Origin: Iphione sp. A-MEVVRFRX5
Taxonomy: Eukaryota
NCBI GenBank assembly: GCA_976226885.1
Contig: OZ320319.1
Span: forward strand, 47,368,001 to 47,432,000
Direction of reading: 5' to 3'
Length of the DNA stretch: 64,000 nt
The first letter of the stretch is position 1; each line of letters begins with the position of its first letter. The translations under genes were made by a program, and so were the position numbers. The notes under the pieces were generated by a model. The model was not told where the DNA came from, ran no database searches, and saw only the letters and a list, made by a program, of their open reading frames with translations. Positions 11,623 to 24,326 of this stretch are shown here, piece by piece.

Positions 11623-13580
11623 ATGGCACGACCCATCCGTACAACAGCCCAGAAGGCTAGAGATCTTATTGCTGCTGGATTTTCCTTGGAGGAAGATGTT
11701 TCAATGAAAATGTTACCTGAAATAAGTGTTTATTTGTGTCCACCCCCCCCCCCCACAAAAAAAAAAAAAAAACAACCTGAACGTCCTGGATGGGGTGCAA
11801 CATTGGGTCATCCTCGTAGTGATCCAAAATCTTACCTCTGGACCATAGCAGACTACTGATATTCAATGAAGAACTACTACTATGTATTTGAATCAGACAT
11901 ATAAAAACTGTAATATATTCATGTTTTTTACAGGCATCAGATATACACTGATGAAGACACTGAATCTGATGTAGGTGTAATTCTTCCAGACAGGTCTGTT
12001 GGGCCGCACCTATTGGATCACAACACATGTGGAGGACTCTCAGGCTTCACCAGAGCTATTGATTTTTTTCAGCTCTTTTTTATGGAATCTGTCATCAAAA
12101 TGCTATGTGATCACTCCAACAAATATGGATTGTTACAAATCACAGAAAAGCAGTTGTACGCCAGGTATGAGGATGGTGGATGGGAAGACACAACTGAGGA
12201 TGAGATGTACAGATTCTTCGGCCTGATTATCATGATGGGCCTGGTTGTTCTGCCTGAGATATCATGCTACTGGGCAGTCACCCCACCATATTCTGGATGC
12301 TGGGCCTGCAGATTTCTTTCATAAAACTGCTTCAAGGCCATCTTAGGCCTTCTCCATGTATCAGACCTCACCACTGAGGACAAGACTGACAAATTATGCA
12401 AACTGAAACCCTTGCTCACCCACATCAAGAAGGGCTCGAAGCGACTGTTTCAACGCAGAAGGCACATCCCAATAGATGAAAGAATGGTACAGTATATCAG
12501 GCAGTATATGCCATTGAAGCCTGTCCAGTTCAGTTTCAAGCTCTGGTGCCTCTGCAAATTTCGGACAGGCTACACCGTAGACCTTAATTTCTATACTGGG
12601 AAGCAAGAGGCACCAGGGCAGCATGGTTTGGCCTATGATGTCGTTACAACCCTCATGTCTGATTACTACAATGTGGGACCATGCAACCAACAAGGAAAGG
12701 ATTCCCAAAGGTGCTGACAGGACCAGCCTGGGTGAAGGAGGCCAGAAGAGGGGATCTTCAATACACTCATGAAGACATGTTACTTTTCTTGAGATAGATG
12801 GACACAAAGCCAGTTTATGTCTGCTCCACAATCCACCGTGGTGATAAATTTGAGTTCGTGAACTGCAACATCAAGGACCCCTATGGTAATTGCAGACACA
12901 TCATGGTGTGCAAACCGGTAGCTATGGTCAATCACAACCAACATATGGGTGGGTTGGACTTGTCGGATCAAAACATTGAACCATACAATGTCCCCCAGAA
13001 GTCACACAGATGGTGGAAAATCTTATTTTTTCACCTGATTGATATTTTCATATTGAACAGTTACATTCTGTTCAAAGAGTGGCACAGCAGATATCCAAAT
13101 GAACCTGGGTTGAAGAGACCAGCTGGTATGTATGCCTGTCACTGAACTCTACAGGTGATGTAGTCTATTGAATGGATATATAGATATAGTGTATATATAA
13201 TCATGAAAACATATCATTTCATATTGTCAATTTTATTTGTCAAAAACACTGATGTAACCATGTCTGATACATATGTTTCTCATTGAAGTGTACTGCCATC
13301 TTGCATTAGAGGAGGAACTTATGAAGCAATTGTGTGGCATTACAGATGATGAACCAGTCCCCTTCTGCCCAACTCCAAAGAGAAAACCAGCACTATCTGC
13401 TTACCATACAGACCACATCCCTATCTATGCAGAGAAGAGGCACAACTGCAAGATATGTTATTATCTTGATGGAAAAGACACAGTAGTTTTGTTAACATTC
13501 AGCTGGTCAAGTTCATCTCTGCATGAATAAGGATAGGAATTGTATGGCACGTTGGCATAGCTCAGGATTTGATGGTCATT
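11623..13580 (+). pseudogene. piggyBac-family transposase pseudogene B with intron(s) and C-terminal Cys-rich domain
   Basis: IDFFQLFF..NKY; WEDTTEDEMYRFFGLIIMMGLV; IDERMV; RQYMPLKPVQFSFKLW; GGLDLSDQ; RWWKILFFHLIDIFILNSY; CKICY..VHLCMNKDRNCMARWH. The DNFY (second Asp) region is deleted, and there are stops and frameshifts. Confidence 0.92.
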
Positions 13581-15298
13581 CTGCTGCTATCCTTGATGGC
13601 AGCAGGCATAAGAAGTAGCAGCTCATCCTACATGGCTCACTTGGGTTGTGGGTACTTCATGGACACAAGGTCTTGGTAGGTGACACGATAGACCTGTAAT
13701 AACAGCACATTGGCGTGTTCAGTGTAATTCAGTAATAACAGAATACTATATTATTATAGGTTTGTTTTCTACAAGGCTTCGGTCACATCAGTGCTGAGTG
13801 AACATCACTAATATGTAAACTTGATAGGTATTATAAGAAAAGCAAAAATTACACATACATCTGTCCTTCCTTCATCATGTGAGTGTCTACTCCCATTAAT
13901 ATGGGAACCTGGCACGGACTGCACATCCCAACTCTATGGGGTAGACAAATGTCTTTATGCTAACCCAATGCAGCCTCCATACCGTAAATGAGAGAAACAT
14001 GAGGACATTAATGTATTTGTAAGAACATATGATACTGCATCCACTGGTCTTGAATGTTCAATGAAGACGCGTTTGTGAGTTTATCTTTACTATGTTACCA
14101 TGTTGTTTTTTACATTGAGAATCCCCAAGGGACATCTGAAGAGGGCTTTTTGACTTTCTGCTGTCTGGATCATTTCCAGCAGACCAGGGGAAACAGCATA
14201 CCTATCATGTCAGAACAATTGCCTTTTGTAATAATATTGATTACATAGGTGATGTCAGATGGATACACGCATGTTACGTACAGCTGCATGCATTATAAAC
14301 ATGTATATTACAAGAAATACGTAATCTCTAATCACAAGAGATATGTATGTATGCCCTTTAATGTATACATGGATATTGATGGCATGACACAGAGAGAAGA
14401 ATTTATTACTATAACCCAAGAACTATGCTGAGAATAAACCAGTCCGATACATACATGTAATACCAATGTTGGACCCCTTTGTGTATGTTGCTGGGTAAGC
14501 TCGCGGTGCAGTTAAGATTATCACAGAAATAACATCATAAACATTACTGGTATTATTAATGATGTAAATACATAATTAGTATACATGTTATCCTTCATTG
14601 TAGAAGGCAGAAGTTGAGTTGTCCATCATTGATTCCAGAAATCTTTGCAGATTTATCAATATACTGGTAGGTTTCCTGATTTAGCCGCTACTGCAGTACC
14701 TTGTGACGTCAGAAATGTCAACAGTGATGTTGTCATGGGTACACGTAAACAATGTGTTTATGGTTCAATGTACATCATACAACCACCATCGATGCCTCTT
14801 CTTGCTTTACTCACCTTTTTTCTCAATTAAAATCATGCTATTAGAGCACATGAATGTAATTTACTGATGTACAACACGCTGAACAGTAGGATGTTAGCAA
14901 CACGCAAGTCAGCGCCACTGTATTTAACACTCTTTGAAAAATGACAGTGTAACATTCCAACATAGATTTAACAGGGCTATATACAGTTTTGAAGGGTAAA
15001 ATATATATCAATGTGTGGCAAATTATGTCCTCTTGAATTCATCAACAGTAACCTAATCGATCAGATTTATTATCATTGACTTTTTAATGATTTTCTTAGA
15101 TGACATCATCATTTTAGGTCAAATTCCACCATTCCAATGAAAAATATTAATAATATATACAAATATTTCATGAAAAACATATCAGAGAATAGTACATTTT
15201 CCCTCTTTCCAGTGGTCGATGATATTTGTTAATTATTCCAAGAATTTATCCCATATAATAGTAATATCACCCTAATATCAGAATAAAACCCACTAGAC

Positions 15299-15675
15299 AG
15301 GACATGATCCTAATAATATCGCTGTGATTGAATGATAGTGCTCATTATATTCAATAATGGCTAGGACTTGGTCGGTATGACTATAAACTGGGCTGTTACC
15401 GATGATTACAAGCAATTCTGGCAAGGACGTGGTCTGTAACTAATTGATAACATAAAATCCCCTGGACAGGACATGGTCCTAAATAATACTATCACTGCAA
15501 TTAGGAAAATAGTGCTCACTATAATTAATATTGGCTAGGACGTGGTCCATATGGCTTAACTTTATTCCTGCTGACTGCACCTAATTCTGTCTAGGACGTG
15601 GTCTGTATAACTACAAATCAGGAAGGACATGGTCTGATTGAAAATTAATCCGTTATTAATGGAGGGGACGTGGTC
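15299..15675. repeat. Array of eight 11-bp AGGAC(G/A)TGGTC motifs separated by variable AT-rich spacers
   Basis: Copies start at 15299, 15363, 15424, 15468, 15537, 15593, 15624 and 15665. A three-motif block is duplicated (about 15299-15440 vs 15468-15610). Confidence 0.85.
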
Positions 15676-16678
15676 TAAGTAAGCCTCAAACCACCTAAGA
15701 TTAGTGCAAAAATGGGACTATATACTATGAAGCCATCAGCTGGATATCGGCATTGTTACTACGGTAGTCAAACAGCTAGCAATTTTACTAACAGCTATGC
15801 TTTTCTTTAGTGTGATGTACGAAATGTCATGACAAATTGTTCTCCTCTAGCTGCAAATACATAATATTGTATGATTATTGCCAGTATAAATAAAGTGTTA
15901 ATGATAATACTATGACACTCTAGACGCCCCCATTCATTTATATTTTGTATATCAAATCATTAAATCAATGATGTTGTATGCCAGAATAAATCCGAAAACA
16001 CGTACAATTGTATATTATAGGGAATAAATAAACTAAAAGGTTATCTTTGTATGCATGTAGAAGCATAATCAATTTTTAACATCTGACACAAATAAGCCAC
16101 CAACGTTGATTTACATCTTCATTATTCATATCCACATTAGATGCAAAATAATTATTTCCTACAAGTAGTATGTAGCTTACATTCAACAAAGTTTGATTTT
16201 TCATGAATTTTGGACAAAAACATGCAGTGCTACTGACAGTTGGTTCAACAATAGCAGAGGTATATAAGAGTTATGAATCTCTCTCTTGTACAAGAAGCGC
16301 ATTCATATTTTCAACTACACTACATGGTTAAATTTTGTTAAATGGTAACGTTTTTGTGAATCTATCATATTATGACATTTTATTCTATCACATATCATAA
16401 ACAATATATATAAATAAAACGATTTAATAAGTATGCTGGGGTATCATCTGATAATACAGATATATTTATATTTTCCTACGTTTAGTGTATCTCGTAGATT
16501 AGTTAGTTGTTGGTATATTCTAAATGATTAGTGAGTCTTATATAGAACTGTAAAGGGTATCGCTGAAAAATATGTTATCACATGTATCCGACAAACCAGA
16601 GCAAAGAAACGGGGAGGTGGCATCATACTATACATCAAGCGAGGCATGAAGGCGCTTGGCGTCTGTCATTATGACATA

Positions 16679-17523
16679 CAGTATAGTCCTAATTTCCAAC
16701 CACATCGATTACCGACCAAAACGCCCATTCCGACCATTTGAGCTTGGAGCAAAAATAATTTCAATACATAACCTATATGATTGACTATCGATTACCGACC
16801 ATATTGATTCCCGACCATATTCAGCATCCAACCAATTGATACAAGTTCAATTAGAGTGCATTTTACTATTAATTACCGACCAGGGGCATCAATGCTGACC
16901 TCTCTGATATTCCTCACACCTTGGAGAGGGTGGTGGGAGAGGGTGGCAGCATCAATGGCGACCTCTCTGATGTCTACCTCACACCCTGGAGAGGGTGGTG
17001 GGAGAGGTCGCAGTCTTCTCTGACGACCTCTCTGATGTCTACCTCACACCCTGGAGAGGGTGCTGGGAGAGGTCAGAGGCTTCTCTGGTGACCTCTCTGA
17101 TGTCTACCTCTCACCCTGGAGAAGGTGGTGGGAGAAGGTGGCAGCATCAACAGCGACCTCTCTGATGTCTACCTCACACCCTGGAGAGGGTGGCGGGAGA
17201 CGTCACAGTCTTCTCTGGCAACCTCTCTGATGTCTACCTCACACCCTGGAGAGAGTGCTGGGAGAGGTCAGAGGCTCATGGCGACCTCTCTGATGTCTAC
17301 CTCTCACCCTGGAGAAGGTGGTGGGAAAGGGTGGCAGCATCAACGGCGACCTCTCTGATGAGCTTGCACCTTGGAGAGGGTCTCTTTAATTTACATTATT
17401 TACTGAACTATTATTGGGTATTGAACCCTAGAGGAAGGAAGGGATATTGATTTCCAACCATTCTCGCCATTCCGACCATTTTGGGTCAGACCCAACCACT
17501 TGTCGGAAATTAAGACTCTACTG
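16679..17523. mobile_element. Non-autonomous Tc1/mariner (pogo/Tigger-like) MITE
   Basis: TA|CAGTATAGTCCTAATTTCCAAC at the left end and its inverted match GTCGGAAATTAAGACTCTACTG|TA at the right end form an imperfect ~22-bp TIR with TA flanks. There are multiple internal CCGACCA repeats. Confidence 0.75.
16897..17385. repeat. 63-65-bp minisatellite, about 7.5 units, with ABC higher-order structure
   Basis: Units start GACCTCTCTGAT at 16897, 16960, 17025, 17090, 17155, 17220, 17283 and 17348. Unit tails cycle A-B-C-A-B-C-A. Confidence 0.95.
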
Positions 17524-17539
17524 TAGTATGCAGTCAGCT

Positions 17540-19090
17540 GGAGGCGCTTGGTGTGAAGTTAAAGGTCAGGAAATGTCAGCCCATTATGCTGGTGGTGGTC
17601 TATCAAACACCCTCAGACAAGGTGCAAGACTCGATGAGAGAACTGAGCAGGATAGTAGACAGTATCATGTATAGGAAGCACGAGGACATTGTAATTGTTG
17701 GTGATCTTAACTTTGACTACTTGGGGAGGCAGGGCTTGCTCCAGCATTGTAAATGCACTGGTGGGGTGTGGGTTCTGCCAGATGGTGGACTGTAGCACAA
17801 TGGTAAGTGGCAGATCCTGTCTAGATCAAGTATGGATGCGGGAGCTGGGGAGGAGTGCCACGGCAATGCTGTGTTGGCATATGAGTAACCATCTACCTGT
17901 TCAGTTGCTATTAAAGTTGGGTACCTCGAGTGAGAGCAACACGGCTCATTAGACTATGGGCCAAGATTGACCTGAATCTGCTTCAGGACAGAATACTGGA
18001 GGAAGGGATTGGTAATGCTGACAACCCTAGCATTGCATGGGATGGCTTCGCAGATAAGCTGGTTGACATTGCCCATGAGATGTGTCCTCAAAAGGAGGTA
18101 CCGTTGCAGAGAGAGGAGGATGGCTTCATACCGTCTGGATGTACAATAGATCTTATCCAAGACAGGAGCTATTTCTACCAAAATGGAGGAAGTACTGTGA
18201 CAGTGATGCCTACAGGATATATCAATTTCTAAATGGTGAGGTTCGTAAGGCAATAAAGAGAGGAAGACATGACTTCTGGTTGTCTCGGATGAGAGAAGCA
18301 GATAGTGATAGTGCAAAATTATGGAAAGTGCTGAATGATGTATTGTGCAAAGGGAACTCCACCATGCCACTGCCTGATGAGGAGGCGCTAAAGACCACTG
18401 ATGGTAACGTTTCACTGGCTGACCGGTTTAACAACTTTTTTGTAGATGAGGCCTGGTCCCAGAACCAAGGCTGGCACATCAACCCAGAAAAGCAATAACA
18501 TTGGAAGTACCCAGTCCTTGTGACATAAGGCCTTATATCATGGCCCTGCCACTGAACGAGGCTTCAGGTGTGTTGGATATACCTACAAGAGTTCTTGTAG
18601 CCTCATGCTTTCGATCTGGTCATCAATGACGTAATCACATCTCTGCACCCAGACAATAAGCTGATTCTATTTGCTGATGACCTAACAGTGATTGTTGATG
18701 CGGCAGACCTCTTACTACTGAGGGGAGTGGTGCAGAGGACAGCCAATGCTGTCAGCAATTGGTGTGACAGGACAGGGCTGGTGGTCAGCACAGCTAAGTA
18801 TTGCTGAAAAATTCGGGATTGAATGAGTCAGGGAGCTGGTGGCACACATAGTCTTGTCGGTGGTACACAGACGAATCAAACTGGGCCTACTGCCTATGGA
18901 TCACATCTCAGTCATGTGTGGTGGCTGTAGCAGATGGGTGAAAGTTGAGAAGCTGCAGTCGAGCCACTCTGTGAAGTCACTCTATTATAAGGGGGCTTCT
19001 TGTTCGAATCGATTACCCCCAAACTTGAAATCTGAGGACAAGACTAATATGAGGAGGTACTTGTCTGGCATCAGACGGGTGGTATGAACT
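17540..19090 (+). mobile_element. Decayed CR1/L2-group LINE ORF2 (APE endonuclease and RT remnants, internal deletions)
   Basis: MLVVVYQTPS..IVIVGDLNFD..SCLDQVW..SNHLPV (APE motifs); DSAKLWKVLN; LILFADDL at 18661-18684; C-terminal SLYYKGASCSNRLP. Confidence 0.87.
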
Positions 19091-22000
19091 GAGCAGCCTC
19101 AGATGAGTGAAGAATCAGAGCGTGGGATTGCAACATCTATCCTTGCTTGGTGAACATTTATCTGACCCTGGTGGGAGATTTTTGAATGAACATGCAGCTA
19201 TCGAAGTCCTATAAGGATTTTTGGTCCACTTTCACTGTACGACACCATCACATAGTCCTTCCTTCTAGAGGTGATACTACAGCTTTAATTCACTTAGGTA
19301 CCAATATGCCATAATGGGCATCTGGCCTGAATGTCAATGAGCATTGTGTCTAAGTGTGCAGTGATGTTAGGAGTGAACCACTGCAGTACCTGGACAGGTA
19401 ACCAAATTGGCCAATATCTGACAGGGGTGAAGAATAATATCAGTCATGATCCAAGGTGGGCCTAAGACAGCCTTGAGTCAGCATGGCCAATCTGAGGTTA
19501 AACTCCAGCGCGATCTAAAATGCATGTATGGCCCTGAGTTAGCTATTACAAATATGAGTACAAATGCTGCTTATTTACAAAGTGGTTCAACAAACAAAAG
19601 GCCTGTGTTGAATGTTGTGTTTGTATTGTATTGTGCACCTTTTTTGTGTCCTACACCATGAACGTCTATGGGTGTAACCAATGTGTCTTTTTCTAGCTGT
19701 AAGTTGCTATGTGTTCATGTATGAGTGAGTTCAATTGGTAGATTGGAGATGAGTCAGATTGTGTATGTACATTGTTGCATTTTGTCCTGCCAGTTGAATC
19801 TGGCCCTGTATGACTGCTTGCTTATGCTTGTCTGTTATGTTTCATTATGTATTTGTCCTCGTCATGTAATTGCCATGTCTGTGTATTGTTCTGTTCAATT
19901 AATGTCCCTCTGGGTTATGTGTTTTCTTTCTGACATTCCACTGTTACCACAGATAACTTTGTATTATTATGCGAAGACTGGTGACAATAAACAAGTATCA
20001 AATATCAAACATTTGAAATGAAGCCAATACTGACACTTGAGCTTCTGATTCACACAGAATCCTAATGCTATTCTGTGCTATTGTGTTTCTAACAGAGCAA
20101 AAGGGGGGAAAAGAACAGTGGTAGAGGTTAGACGATGACACAGAAATGCCAGGCACATAACTGACCACATTAATGGTGAGCTAGTGCCATGAGTGGCACG
20201 CACCCACTAGGCGGCCAAGGTAGCCAGTTTCGCATGACAAACATAGCTGGCCGCACCGACACACCCTCAGGTATCGGATCGGTGAAAGCTTGGCTATTAG
20301 TGCAAAGATGCACTTTCAATGGGCAAGTCGATCTCGTCGCTTTGCGGATTCGACCCACTCACAGCAGGGGATCGCGACCTCGACCTGTCGAATAGCCCCC
20401 TCCCATCTCACCCATAACCTTACATTCATCCTGCTACAAAAAAGCAGATCCACATCTTGATCCTCTTTACACAAATCCTCAGCAGCAATCTGCAACGGTG
20501 GCAATACAACATGATTCAACAGATAACACGGATGGCAATGCGTTGAGAATAAGTTGTGTGAGTTGCCGCTTGGTCGCAGCACTGTTTGTGGTGCAACGCA
20601 CTTACAGCAGTAGACAATAATGTTTTTAACGTTGCCCCCATTAGGGGGATTCATTACTAGAATCAGCTGGCAGTCGGTAAGGGTAACCACCCTAAATGAT
20701 CGCATTGACTGTCTGTTCAACTAGCTTCGCTACCGCCGGTTGTTGTGTCTGAGGAAAACCTCCGCCGGCAGCGCATTTCACAGCCTCCACGGTCAGTACC
20801 CGGCACGACTGTTGATCTTGCGCTGCAGAACAAAGCCAGATCGGCTTCAAACGCGCCGCTGCTGCCGATTGAGACAGTTATCGCTCGTCGAGCGGCCACC
20901 CGCTGGCGCCGGTAGCAACGCTCTATCTGTTCACGTCACGCGCAAAACCACTCATGGCCACCCAAGTGCGCACGTCCGACCACCCGGACTGTGAACACAC
21001 TCACAAAAATATACAAAAAGAACGCAGTGCTACTTCTGAGAGAGGAGAGCGAGGGGGAAGAAAAAAAGACGGCAAGCGGGAGGGGGAGCGTGGCACAGGG
21101 CTTGCAATTGCGCTCTTTTGTATAGAAAGGTCAGCGGCCGACACGTGCCTGTCGAACAACCCGCAACACCCAAACAACCGTTCTCACTCACTTCCACCTA
21201 ACCCCTCCCTGTAGACATCCTTCTGACGCATAGCCTCTTGTTTCCTTCGGCCTTTCACACTTCCGTTTTGACCAGCTTGTTGTAGTCAACTGCTCTCCCA
21301 ACTTTCGTAGGGCACATCAAAAGTTTCCTAAGTGCACCTTTTTCATTTTTAATTGGGAACTTCCGAACATAAAAGACGAGAGCCCTTTTTTCCAACAACA
21401 TAACTTCATATTGCAGAGGATTTATCAGAGAGAAGGGAGATTAACCCGGTGCAGTGTAAGAACTCGAAATGGATAACACAAGCAGTCATGGAATTATTCA
21501 TGCCATAAAAATTGGAATTTTAGGTTCTTAAGAACAGTTTTCACAGTATTAACAGAAAAATAGATCCAAAATTCCTTATCGTTAGACAAAACTTACACAG
21601 AGGATCACGATTGTCATTAAATAATGGGTATACACGCTATTAATGTTGCTACAAATAAAAGGACCATTGCTTCTATTTCATATTCTTATTTCTACTTCTA
21701 AATCGCAATCGACTATCAATTGACTGCAGCAGACGGTGGGATCCGTGGCGTCAGCGTGAAGGAATTGCTCCATAATATACCAAGGTCGCCAAGGAGCAAG
21801 CAGGCTAGTTATATTTGCCAGCTCTTTCTTTAGATAATACGTGTAATAGTGAAATCATTTGCGAAAATAGTAATTGTGCGGTCATCATTTCAATCAAGGA
21901 CCAATCTACATGTCATTATTTATTTTCTTGTACGAAAATCTTATCCAGAGTGACACGTTCAGTTAATATAATAAATGGAGTAAAGGGGAGAGAGACAGAG

Positions 22001-24282
22001 GTAGAATGCGCCATTTTCCTCCTTCACAAGGCTTACTCCTAATTACTGGTTAAAGGAAAACGCCATTATTCGGAGTCCCCTAAGCCCACCGATGAGCTAT
22101 TTGTATCATAATTATCCCATTGTTTCGGGTGACATCGGCCGCCACAGTCGTCTTCGATTCCATTAAAGTAACGACGCGGGGACAGGTACAGGGAAAATGG
22201 ACTTAATTAAAGTTTGCACCCGGTCGGTGCAGCTCATTTGTATGACACGAGCCAATTGGAAGCACTTTGGCGCGGGACTGGTATTTCGAGGGTGAGGCAG
22301 GCGCGTGCGCCGTAATGGCAGCCATTATTAGGCACCAGGCGGCGTGGTAAGCAGCGTTCAGCAAGCGTTCTCCTTTCCTCTGGGTAGCGAGCATGAGGGG
22401 CATCCACAATGGACATCACCCGAGCGAGAGAGAAAAACGCCCACTGTTTGAAGTCATCCACGACGGGTAATCACGGTGTTCCCACCCGAAATTAGTACCA
22501 CTTAAAAAATTAATATAGGAAGTTATTTCAGAATATGTTTATCTTGAATTTGTGAAAGGGGGAACACATATTGTGTGTTTGTGACGGAGAGCAATATTTA
22601 ACGTAGTCATCACTGATTCTTGCAGGAGATATTGAAATATAAATGTTAATGGGCCTAATTGACATGTGTGTATTATTCCCTTTGGGCTGCAACAGAAAAG
22701 TACCAGTGTACATTAGACATGTATACATACTTTTAGTGTGTTTAACCTATGTGAAACAAGTAACAAAGATGCATGCCTGGAAATAAGAAGGAACTCGAAA
22801 CTATGTTTTCTACTTTGACTCATCCAGATAGAAGAAGCAAGGGCGGACTTGATAAAACATATATTCGGTGCAAACAGAATAAGCATCATCACCATAAGCA
22901 AAATTCTTCTTTCAGCGGAAATCGCTAGGAATCAAAATGCCATGTAAAATAATCGAGTGAAGATCGCAAGAATTCCTCTATGTACATTTCAAAAGAATAT
23001 ACATGTAATGGGGTTTTGCTGAAGTATTGTGCAAATTAAGGAGTAGAACAGCATAAAGAGGAAGAACTGCATGTACAAAACAAAAAGGTCTTAATGCATT
23101 CCCTGTAACGATGACAATCTTGAGATCGAATGTACATAGGAGTCGCTTATTCTTGAAAGCAATCCATGCCACTACGTCTGAAAGACTGCAAAAAATATGT
23201 TGGAATGATTTTCCTCCTTTCCATTTAATGCCATATTTTAGAGGACACACAAACACCGTCCATATTGAAATGGGGATATGCAATTTTCTGTCTCTGGAAG
23301 ACAATTCTTTATAGCATTTATTTATTGTGGTACGTACCTAGGATATTTTTCCTGATTCTTTCACGAGACACTTCTCGTGGCACTGCCTTTGTTGCTAGAT
23401 AGACTCTTAGGCCATCGTATTTACGAATACAAAGGACAGAGTGTCAGCCTATCTGGTCTCGAGTACTCCTCCCCTCTGTGAAAGGCCATACTCTCCGTCT
23501 ACTCCGTTAGGTGGCAGTGCGGAGGGGCAGAGGGCAGCAGAGGTGCTGCGTGGGAGGGCCGCGAACAATGTGAGCGAACAAAGGCCGCACATTAGAGCCC
23601 CAGACAATAATTAACCCCTCAAACACAAGGGGGCACCCTAGTTGAAATCTGATCCACAATTAAGGGTCATGGCCCTCTTTAGCCGGCCTACCCTTAATGC
23701 TCTCATAATCAAGACCAATTTGTGTGCAGGGGGAGACCTGGCGCTTGTGGACGGCTCTCTCTGCGGCCCGATCTGTCATTAGTAAACCCTCAGTGGTCCG
23801 GGATTAAGATATCGGTTAGGATAAGGTGTGTGCCCAACTTAATTGGCGTACGGCCACCTTCAGGCAGTGAGGCAGACACCGATTGGACAAGCGGCGCGCG
23901 GTCAGGTTGTCACGGACCGCCGCTTCCGGGTAAGGCCGCGTCCCGCCATTCCCGCAATCTAACGAACATTGAATGCACCCTCTGAAAATATTCCGAACAC
24001 AATTGTGTACATTTGTATGTACAAAGACTTGGAGGTTGTTGTCCCAAATAAGGACACAAGTAACTCGCAGCCAAAGAGAATACATTATTATGTATTTGGA
24101 AACACAATGGGTAAATGAATATATATGTCGCACGTGTTGGATTGTACACAATGTTGTTTTGTATTGTTCTTTCTACATCTGACGTGAAAAGACTTATCCC
24201 CCGAAAAATGTCTTCCAAGTACCCAAGTCTTCGTTATCGCCTATAAGCATTTGTATTTATCTGAATCTTAAAATTCAATAGA

Positions 24283-24285
<3 letters not shown>

Positions 24286-24320
<35 letters not shown>
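24286..24320. repeat. (GA)n microsatellite followed by GAGACA-rich degenerate repeat
   Basis: About 17 GA units read directly. Confidence 0.97.

Positions 24321-24326
<6 letters not shown>

Noticed and set aside
15299-15675. CRISPR array call for the AGGACGTGGTC repeat-spacer array
   Set aside because: The repeats are only 11 bp, spacer lengths vary widely, some spacers are duplicates of each other, there are no cas genes and the context is eukaryotic.
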